A DNA stretch of 63,251 bases, filler included, from Licmophora abbreviata (taxonomy: Eukaryota): NCBI GenBank assembly GCA_900291995.1. It is 10 parts of 10 records of this genome, joined end to end, with 100 filler letters (N's around TTAATTAATTAA, not from the genome) between each part and the next. Parts side by side here need not be neighbours in the genome. Positions count along the whole stretch, not along the records: positions 1 to 5,189 come from OLMU01001400.1; positions 5,290 to 20,617 come from OLMU01001404.1; 8 more parts are not named here. One strand, given 5' to 3'. The stretch's first letter is position 1; each line of letters starts with the position of its first letter. This document shows positions 1 to 9,319 of the stretch, in pieces. The notes under the pieces were generated by a model. That model saw only the letters and a program-made list of their open reading frames with translations. It searched no databases and had not been told where the DNA came from. The translations under genes and the position numbers were made by a program.

Positions 1-41
1 ACAGAAAAGATTCGACCACCCGTCAATCTGTTCTTTCGACC

Positions 42-1659
42 ATGTGGACGTCGGTGGTGATCAGGTTCACTGCTTGTTCTGTTTTGGGCCATCTCTATCT
101 TCCCACAGTGCTTGCGAAACATCCACCAAAACCCAAGAAAGTTCGGAAAGCCTGCGAGAAGATTTTTGAGACGGCGTTTCCACCTCAGCAGTGGAGCAAC
201 GCCAAAGACTTGAAGGCGTTCACCAAGTTGATCGCGACCGACCAGCCGAACTACTTTGCTTGTCCCGAGGGGGGCAGCAACAATCTAAAAAACTACTCGG
301 GGAGTGACTTGATGAAATGGTTTCTCACCAACTTCAACCCTGACGATTTCAAGTACACCGAGTACATATGGGGAGATATCATGGTGGCGGGGTCCGTGTG
401 CTCATTCGACAAGCTGTTCTTTGCCGAGATAGGAAATGATTGTCAGATCCAAGCTCAGTCTCGCTTGATCATGGAGATCGATCCGAAACATCACACTCTG
501 GTCAAATGGGTCGACCACGTAGACGCAGATGAACTTAGCGCGAAGTTTGACAAGTGTTTGGCAACTGCTGCTCCCTCTGTTGCCCCAACTGAGTCCCCAA
601 CTCCCAGACCAACACATCACCCTACCGATATGCCGACTGTTAGCCCGTCCAAGGCTCCGACTTTGGCACCTACTTCGCCCCCCACTTCGGCCCCGACTAA
701 GGCTCCGACGTCGGCCCCTACGCCAGAGCCAACTCCTGGCCCATCGGCATCTACTATCGTTCCAACAGACATGAAGACACGAGCACCTTTGCTCGCCACG
801 AAAACAGCAGCTGCCGAGGACGACACACCCATTGCCATTAACAGAGAGACAACCGAGGATCTCATCACTGTGGATACCGTCAGACAGCGCTGCGTGGAGA
901 TCTTTGAGACGGCATTCCCGCCGCAGCAATGGGTCTCGGCCAAAGATCTAAAGGCATTTAGCAACATGTTTGCTGTCGACAAGCACAATTACTTTGCCTG
1001 CCCCGAAGGAGGCCCCTCGGCACTTTCGAACTTCACCAGTGACGAGCTTCTGGAATGGTTTGCAACGAACTTTGATCCGAAAGCTTTCAAGTACGCAGAG
1101 TACATCATAGGCGACGTGTCCGTCGCGGGGAATGTGTGTTCATTCGATAAAGTGTTCTTTGCAGAGATTGGTGACGACTGCCAGTTTTCCGCCAAGTCGC
1201 TTCTATTTATGGAACTAAAGGATGACGGCAAGCTCCTGAAATGGTTCGATCACTTTGACGAAGAAGAAGTGAATGAGAAGTTCTCGACATGCTTGAAGAA
1301 ACAGAAGAAGAAAAAGGGCTCTCGCGTTGAGATGGAGGGCTTGCGGCAATTTGCGGAACAGGCTTACGGAACCTCGCGAGGAGGGTAAGTCTCGATCTCT
1401 TGCGCGACGTGGTGGCAAAGACGAGTTTGACGTTCTCACTCCTGACGCTTTGACCCTTTCTCGCTTGTTGCACTGTAGCAGCCTATTCCAGGCTCAAGTT
1501 CCGACGGGGCTCACTGCCTTCGTCGCCGCCGCTGCCATAGTTTACTTGACGGTGGTCTGGTATCGTAGGAAGCATCCACCGATTCTGATGGTCCCCAGTC
1601 CTCGTTCGCCTCTATCTGACATCACCACGCCAACTATCAACTACGGCTCTGGTTTGTGA
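42..1659 (+). CDS. Type I membrane/secreted protein: signal peptide, two ~140-aa NTF2/SnoaL-like repeats separated by a Pro/Thr-rich (TxAP) linker, C-terminal TM helix; exons 42-1384, 1479-1659
   Basis: GTAAGT donor at 1385 and TGTAG acceptor at 1478 join ORF 42..1388 in phase to the frame of ORF 1327..1659, which carries a TM segment (GLTAFVAAAAIVYLTVVWY) followed by RRK. The internal duplication is obvious (CEKIFETAFPPQQW / CVEIFETAFPPQQW). Confidence 0.8.
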
Positions 1660-2022
1660 TCGCGTGGCGCGTTGCATTTCGGTAACACGGCAGCAATCTT
1701 CTGTCGTTACATAAGACGCAAGTGAAAACCACCCGGTGCAATGGTCTTACATGCACGAACAAGCGGTAGCTAAGAAGTACTAGTAGGAACGTTGGCAGGC
1801 GGTACTTCGTGGTACGATACCCTGAAAAAGATTTTCCCGCTTTAGTTCCACGTGTAGGCTCGTTGAGCGCTTTCAGCTTTTCCCTGTTCTGCCAGCGCTC
1901 GGCGGCGCATCCCAAAATTCCAACGCCTTTTCAACTCGACTGAGGCAGTGTGTGTTTTGTGCAACCTCCTGTCTTGCATTGCTGCTGCCGCCGTCGGTGT
2001 CGCTGTTGTTCTTGTTTCTAGC

Positions 2023-5000
2023 ATGTCTTCTGAGCCCAGGCCACTGTTTGATCTGTTCCTGGACCTTCCGCATCCTGCGGCGTCGCCTTCTTGCCCAGCT
2101 CCGTTTCTGATTGGTGCTCCCCCGTCCAACAGCGAAGACGCTTCCAAAATTCAGCAGGAACTCGGCGAAGCTGCCAGCGTTGCTCGTATCGCGCGCTTTG
2201 CCTTTCCCGAACACGACGACCAGGCGCCTCCTCCACCGACTCCTAGCAGTGCGGGGGCGGGAATCAATCGATACGATGTGTACATGACGGCGCGGCAGGG
2301 ATTTCAGGAACACGCCTTTTCGCTGCAGCTCAGCACGGGACAGCGAGTGCACGGGCATGTCCGACGCTATTTGCCGACGCATTTGCAGGCACCGTCGCGG
2401 TATGATGTGGGAAGACGCGGTGCGCGAGCCATGGTTTTGCTGACTCGGGCTAGTGGAGGTGATGCGGTGTATTCGGCTCTGCTGAAGTAAGTACAGTGTA
2501 ATCTCGTGTCTATATTTGTCCTTGCAGTGTGGCTCGAAAAGTATCCGCAGGGTATTGATTCGTCAGATCATCACTTCCCCTCGTAATTCATCGAATCGAT
2601 TTCCTTATATCTCTTTGGCCACTTGTCACACACTCCACAGAACGGTCGAAGGAATCTCCGCCATGCAAGCGGCCACATCTCCAGATCTGCACTCTCACAA
2701 CAAACCCCAGGAGCACTTTCTATGCACGAGCTTCAAACATCATCAGCACCTGTGTCGCATATATGCCCAAAAGCCACACGATCAACGCAAACCCATGCTC
2801 ATGAGCATTGAAGGGCTTGAAGCGGGAGGACCGCCCAACGGCTTGTTTGCAAGAGTCGACGCGACCCGCTTTCTCATTCCCACAACGCTCCTTCAGCCAC
2901 CCAGCAAACTGTCGCCCACAAGTTCCCTTACGGAATCGCCGATTCTTCCGTTGCTTCGCTGCCTGGGAGTACCCAATGCCTTGCGCTTGTTGAGCGCCTT
3001 GTTGTCGGAACGTCGCGTCTTGCTCATTTCCAACAGCCCCTCGCGACTCTCGACCTGTGCACGCTCGGTACTCTGCGTCCTCGCCCAAGGCATCTTGCAC
3101 TGGCAGCACTTGTTCATTCCCGTCTTGCCACCCCATCTATTTCAATACCTCGCCGCACCTGTCCCGTATCTAATGGGAATCCTAACGACACCCAAGCTTC
3201 AACAGCTCCTTCAGCAACAAGAGCTTGGCGAAGTCTTGTTGATTTATTTGGATACGAACACGTTGGAGACGAGAGGCATCCCGACGCAAGAGATTTCCAT
3301 GCGCATTCCAGATTTGTTTCAAAGTAGTCTGAGATTGGATCCCACGAATCCAGGGGTGCAGCGTGAGTAGCAGTTGAACGGCGGGTGTACTGTGTAGTGT
3401 GAGAAATTGTTCTTCTGACTCTCTCAATTGCTCTTTCTGTCGTCACGACGATAACAGCTGTAACGACTCCTGCCGAACACTTGGCGAACGACCTCATGGA
3501 AATATTGAAATCAGACAAGAAAATCATGACCGGCGAGTCGGCTTTGCAGAGCGTTGGCGAGACGGCTGCCAAGGCCGGCAAGTTGGTCAAATCGGCGTTT
3601 GGCAAACTGAAAAGCAAAGGAAAACAGTATCTCCAGCAACGATCGTCGAGCGACTACGATACCAGTAGCACCACACCGCCTCGTAGTCCGCCACCGGAAC
3701 GTGCATCTACAGCGGATGAAATTTATGCCGAAGGATGTCAGAATCCAGTAGGAGAAGAGGAGGCTTGTATCGCCTTTACGGCCTTCTTTTTGAGTCTCTA
3801 TGGAGATTTGCGGTGGTACTTGGGTGCGCCAGGAGCCGACGGTGTGCCACAGATGGATCGCAAGCGATTCTTGGAACAAAAACGCGCCTTGGGTGAAGGA
3901 GAAGGAACTTCTATATTCCCTCTATTGCAGAACATGTGTCATTCGCAAATGTTTGAGCAGTTTGTTAAGGAACGTGTCGAAGAAATCCGTACACGCGCTC
4001 CCGTCACCAAAGACTCTCCATTGTTTTTGACGTGCACCAACTATTTGCGCAGTCAACAGGCAACCTTTTCGACGATGAACGTGCGGAATGTGTCCCGACA
4101 AATGGGGCAGGCGAATCCCAGTCGCGTGGTAACGGAAGCGAACGCGAACGCTCGACGGCTGGCCATGACGCTCACGTCCAACAAGACGTTTGAAGGAAAT
4201 CAGGGACAAGCGATTGCTCAGCTGGTGGAAGTCGCACACGAGTCTTCGTCGGTTCTGTTCGATGTCATGTCTGTGTTGTGGATGCGCATCAACGATAGCA
4301 AGGGGATGCAGTGGAAGCATGCATTTCACTCGTTGGTCATCATGAAGAATCTTTTGTATCACGGACCTCTTGCAGCTGTATCAGAAGCGACAGATGGTCT
4401 GCACAAGATTCGAGCGATGAAAGCATACAATGATGCTATTCGGCAGCAAGCTGCCAAGCAGATTCAGACCGCTGCCCACGACATTTACGTTTTGCTTGTC
4501 GATCGCGTCAAGTTGTTCTCAATCCGTCGTGTTTGTGCGGATCGTCGTCGAGAGCTCAAAACCCCAACGCAGGCGCGGGTAAGTCAAATCAGCTACAACA
4601 ATATTTTGTGCGCAGACGCGCTTTGAATATTCTAACCCATTCTTTTACTCGCTGCTCTCCCAAAAGCTCATTAAGGATACTCGAATGCGAGTGACCACTC
4701 CTTTCAAGAGTCTTCACGCCGTTTTGCATCCCAACGCACGCCGGCAGGTTGCCCCAGCACCCGGGGTGGCACGGAAGGGGCTTCAGCGGTACCAGCTCAT
4801 GCGGCACCCGAGCAAGACCTTCTCGGTTTCTCAGGTGTGCCTGCGCGAAACGGCCCTCCGGCGGGCCCTCCTCCTCCTTCTACTGCTGCACCTCTCGCAA
4901 CAAATGCGGACACGGCGCTGCTTGGGCTGTTTGACGCCCAGGCAAAAATCGCGGTAGCCCCCGCGGCCCAGGATCCATTTGCCGTTTCTCCCGGGCAACA

Positions 5001-5189
5001 ACACACAGTCGCTGCTCCGACTTCTTCGGGGCGTGGTGCCCCTCAACAGTCGACTGCGCTTTCCCAGACTCCTCCGAGGCTGGTTGCTCCTCCTGCATTT
5101 GCCTCGCCACCACCACAAGCGCCCTTCGGCCAGCAACCGGCTGCACCGACGCAGCCATCCCAGTCGGCGACATCTCCGTTCGGATCTCC
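2023..5189 (+). CDS. DENN-domain (Rab GEF-like) protein with C-terminal ENTH-like domain and Pro-rich tail; exons 2023-2486, 2641-3362, 3458-4578, 4667-(gap); 3' partial
   Basis: uDENN-like (ARFAFPE, HAFSLQLSTGQRVHGHVRR), cDENN (LLSALLSERRVLLIS, WQHLFIPVLPPHLFQYLAAPVPYLMGI), dDENN (HSQMFEQFVKER) and ENTH-like (LWMRINDSKGMQWKHAFHSLVIMKNLLYHG) motifs. All three GT-AG introns keep phase. Confidence 0.85.
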
Positions 5190-5289
5190 NNNNNNNNNNN
5201 NNNNNNNNNNNNNNNNNNNNNNNNNNNNNNNNNTTAATTAATTAANNNNNNNNNNNNNNNNNNNNNNNNNNNNNNNNNNNNNNNNNNNN
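5190..5289. other. Assembly gap spacer (N44-TTAATTAATTAA-N44)
   Basis: N runs flank a six-frame stop linker; the same 100-bp structure recurs nine times. Confidence 0.99.
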
Positions 5290-5550
5290 CTTTGCAAAAA
5301 GAGGAAGAAGAATGCCAGTAGCTCTCTGTCCAAGCACAAAGTCGGCGACCGCCACGAGGATGAGACCTTCGAAGTGGGAGTCGAGGTGCCCTATGAGGCA
5401 CCTGAAGCAGAGGCCACGCCCATGCCGACGGAGGATCCGATCGAGGCCCTCAGTCCTGGAAACAAGAAGATCATCAAGACGGTCCATCCAGATGGACGCG
5501 TGACTACGACGATCACAGAGTTTTTCCCCGCTCCCGGCGCTGATGATTAA
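5290..5550 (+). CDS. 3' fragment of a hypothetical protein, probably the cytoplasmic tail of a membrane protein (LCKKRKKN...KTVHPDGRVTTTITEFFPAPGADD*)
   Basis: 87 open codons run from the gap edge to TAA at 5548-5550, with a basic stop-transfer-like cluster at the start. Absent from the ORF track because it has no early start codon. Confidence 0.55.
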   Translation, partial: LCKKRKKNASSSLSKHKVGDRHEDETFEVGVEVPYEAPEAEATPMPTEDPIEALSPGNKKIIKTVHPDGRVTTTITEFFPAPGADD

Positions 5551-6235
5551 TAAGCCTCAATTCAGTAATTGTTTGAGCGCAACAACGTCAAGAGCAGGCC
5601 GGTGGGACACTCCGACACTTCCTCCTTATTGGCTCAAAGTTTGGGCCGAGAAGCGTCTTCTTCTCACTCCCCCCCCCCCCCCCCACTGCGACGATATTGT
5701 GGCGAGGAGGCATTTATGTTCCATGTTATATTCCGACATCCGGATAACACAACGAAGTAAGAGCTATTCGATGTTACAGTTCTTATCTTCACTTTCTTCT
5801 TGTATTGGTCGATGCGTCCGCCCCGAAATGACACGATCTTTGGGGCCAAATGCTACAATACGCCTGATGCCAGGCGAAGATCAAAATCGCGATGTTCGTC
5901 AATCTCTCGCCCTCAAACACAAGATCAAAATTGTATCTGCGATCAGCCTGATCTTAGAGCGAACCTTTCGAGCGACGCATTCAATGCACCACAAAAATGA
6001 CCACGGACGATATCTGAATACAAAAACTGTGGAAAAACATTGGAGAGCGCTGGAGCGTATCATATTCAATACTGGAGTATGTAGGACGAAAGAGACTGCC
6101 TGCGCGCGCAAGTTGAAGTCTCAGGATACGCGGCGCTGAAGATGATGTCGCCATGAGATATGCTTGCTCATTTCCTTCGCTCCTTCTTTCGTCGTACCTG
6201 TGCTCTGCTTCATCTATATATACATTCCCGCAACC

Positions 6236-6799
6236 ATGCAGCTGCACTCAATACTGCGTTTGCTTCTGTGCTGTTCGGTATGTGATCTTTCGACAGCATT
6301 CGTCGTCGGGCCTCACAGACAGCATCATCATCAGCGTCATGCATTCGGATCGCTCGCTCGTACATCGACGTCGCGTCTCCTTGTCGCAGTCGACGACTTG
6401 ACAAGGCCAGAAAAGACGGTTTGTAAACTAATGGATCAACTGCACGATTCCAAGTACGACTTTCGAATTGTCGTGATCGGAAACGGGGCTATTCTGGAAA
6501 CAACAAGTGTCTTGGGGCCTACAATGAACCTCTCTCGGTCTCCCGCCACTCAAGAAACAATTCTCACTCTCGCATCGACGGATCAGTCCTTTGAATTCCA
6601 TCTCAAGCCAGCTACTGTGTATAAAATTGTAATTACCGAAAAAGAATCGCCAGCGACCAACAGAGTCATGAGAATCCTCCGCTTTCTGAATGTCAACGGA
6701 GATGCCATGTGCTCGTTGATACTGCAAGACTCGTCCGATGGAGCCATCGCCTGGTTTGAGGCGCTGCGGGAAGAATATGGAGAGGATGTACAATTGTAA
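6236..6799 (+). CDS. Plastid-targeted ChuX/HutX-like heme utilization/carrier protein
   Basis: Signal peptide with STA-F cleavage motif and transit peptide. Core FRIVVIGNGAILET...FEFHLK...RILRFLNVNGDAMCSLILQ resembles the cyanobacterial ChuX/HutX pattern (RLIV..AVLE...FEFHL...IRFL). Confidence 0.65.
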   Translation: MQLHSILRLLLCCSVCDLSTAFVVGPHRQHHHQRHAFGSLARTSTSRLLVAVDDLTRPEKTVCKLMDQLHDSKYDFRIVVIGNGAILETTSVLGPTMNLSRSPATQETILTLASTDQSFEFHLKPATVYKIVITEKESPATNRVMRILRFLNVNGDAMCSLILQDSSDGAIAWFEALREEYGEDVQL

Positions 6800-6843
6800 A
6801 TAAAAGCAATAAATCCTGCACACTAGTATCATAGCGGGTTGAC

Positions 6844-8086
6844 TTATTTTTGCAGCAACTGTGCTCCAAGATTCACGCGCTCTGCCAAAGTCGGTCCACC
6901 CACACCTCCATCGGCCCTCAATCCATGATCTGCCTCAACAACTTCCGGAGTCACGGTCATTGACGGTGAGCTGCCAAGACTAAGTACGATCGTCTTGGCC
7001 TTGTCGTTTTCCATACTTCCCCATCGTGACTTGCCCGCCTCTGCGGCGGCTGCAATTCTGGCATTGCGCAATTGATAGAGCTGATTACTGCGACCCGCTA
7101 GCGACGGAGGCGCAGCACTCGCACCCGCTCCCACCACACTCGCCCCCAGCGCCACACGCTCCGCCAAACTCGGTCCGCCGACGCCGCCATCGTTGCGCAA
7201 TCCGTGATCCGCCTCGACGACTTCCGGAGGAGGAGACGACAGCGATGCTGCCCGTGGTGCTGAAGCACCATTTACTGTAGCGCCATTTGCAGTCGCTGCA
7301 CCATTGATGACTGTAGCACTAACACTGGTAGCCATCGCGGTCGGCACCGGAGGGGGGCCGCCGACAGCCGTCGCGGCACGTTGCGTCTCCATATCGCCCC
7401 ATCGCGACTTGCCGGCGTTACCAGCAGCGCTGACTTTGGCATTTCGGACCATGAAGAGCTTGTTTGTCGACGAGGACGATGATGCAGTAGTAATACTGCT
7501 GCTCGTCGCAGCAGGAGACGTGCTACCACCCAGCAGCAAGAGTTTGTCTTCGTACTTTTTGGCGGTACTCGCCTCCGCTGCCTCGACCGCTTTCAATTTC
7601 TCTTGCTGTGCCTTGACAATGTACTCGGCCATGAATTGTTGGTACGAAAGCAGCTTTTCGGCCAGTTCTTGCGGAGATCCAGTTGAGGCGGTTGATGCAG
7701 TGATAGCAGATGGACCCTTCTGCTTCAGTTCCTCGACTTCCTTCCGGAGTGCCTGTGTGACATTTACAACAGACGACTCGTTGTGTTAGAGACACTTCGT
7801 AAGCCAATTCGATGGAGTCGACATTATGAACTTTTCGTTCTTACGCTGTACCCACCATGATTTCTCCTTCCTTCTTCACTTCTGCTTGTCGTATAGCCTT
7901 GAGCTTTTCTTCGTGCGCTTTGGCCATGTAGTCGCTCAACTGCTTGGCGCTCTCCTCTGGGGTGGGGAGCGCCTGAAGCAGTGACGATGATGACGACGAA
8001 GAGACACCAGTCCTTGGAGCTGAAACAAATGCATCTGTGAAACTGCTACTCAACAGACACCCGATTACGAGGGCAATGTACATCAT
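6844..8086 (-). CDS. Plastid-targeted protein with paired internal repeats; exons 8086-7856, 7752-6844
   Basis: Signal with TDA-F motif. A phase-0 GT..CAG intron at 7753-7855 joins EIM|ALRKEVEELK. Repeats: YMxKAxxEKLKA x2, RNAxxxAAxxAGKSRWG x2, EVVEADHGLRxDGGVGGPxLAERV x2. Confidence 0.8.
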
Positions 8087-9319
8087 GGTGGCTGATTTGG
8101 TTGACAACGACGATTGCAACATGGTCATCATGAAGTGCGTCTGCCTATCTAGTCCAAGCTTTCACTCCTTGTCGGGTGTCGCAAAGTTTGGATTGGGTTT
8201 CTATAGAACTTGTGGTCGTGGTTCACGCTTGGAAGTGGCTCTCCCTGTCCAATCATTTCGCGCGTTCCTCGACGCGCGAAGGATACCTTTTCGTCTGTCC
8301 CTCTATCCCCACACCTGTGACGCATTCTGTGCCCCGCGCCAGTCCGGTCCCACAAAAGCGGTCACGCTTCTCGAAGCACGTTTCCAAGATTGGCGCACGA
8401 CCAAACCTTGCTGTGTCTCCGTAGCGCTTACATTGCCCACAATCTGAAATCCGTCCGCCGACGATTTACTCTCACCATAGTCAATCCATCAACCACACGC
8501 CACAGCAGCTCGTTTCCAACGACGACTTTTGCAAAATATACCATGGAAATCTTTGTCGTAGGTCTTGTACTCCTGTTGGCTTCTTCCTTGCCCCTGACTA
8601 GCGTTGGAGACCATCTACTTCGAAGCAGCTGCGCATCACCACAACAACTTGCGAAGACCTTGTGAAGAACTGCAGTGGCTCGACGAATCTCGTGACTCGT
8701 GAGCGACGCAATGAGAAACGAAAAAGCCCTCCATGGTGGGATAAACTCCGTGGCCTATCTTCCGAGCAAGTCTCAGCGGTCTCATCGCCCTTGCAGAGGC
8801 CCAGTCCCGGTTGCTCGTCGGCCTCTTGCTTGGGCGGCGACCGAAGCTATGCCACCGATACCTTGAAAAATCGACAACCGCTCGTGCTTTAGGAACTTGG
8901 AGCCGATAGGAGCAGGACTTAGGTCTATCGATAGAAGAGGGCTTCATGGAAACATCGGGACGGAGGAGCGTCCCACATCTGGCCATCGGTCATTGTCCGA
9001 CTTGAAACTGGTCGCGCGAAATTCTTTGAAATATTGATGCGTTGAATACTTCCGTCATAAAGCTTCTGTCATGCCAAACATGAATATACAATACATACTG
9101 AGCGCTATAATTGTTCATTAAAATTATATATCCAACACGCATATTTATGTAATTTTGTATAATTCAGTATTCATTCCGTCTGTCCACCCGTCAGACTCAG
9201 CTCGTCCCGCCATCATGTTCAATGTGCCATGTTGACTGTGGGTTGTGGGTGATTAGACTACATGTCGGGGACCCTCCTGTATCACACTCTTTCTCTTCAG
9301 TAGCGTCAATCATTAAACT

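Noticed and set aside
5543..6139. 198-aa ORF containing a C16 homopolymer (5669-5684)
   Set aside because: No recognisable motifs, and it lies in the upstream region of the HutX-like gene; probably a chance ORF. The poly-C alone is not evidence of function.
8543..8990. Signal-peptide-like start (MEIFVVGLVLLL) followed by short broken frames
   Set aside because: Could be a pseudogene, but I found no family resemblance or consistent splice solution.
9020..9180. AT-rich patch upstream of HEATR5
   Set aside because: Too short for a diatom centromere-like low-GC tract; consistent with ordinary intergenic DNA.
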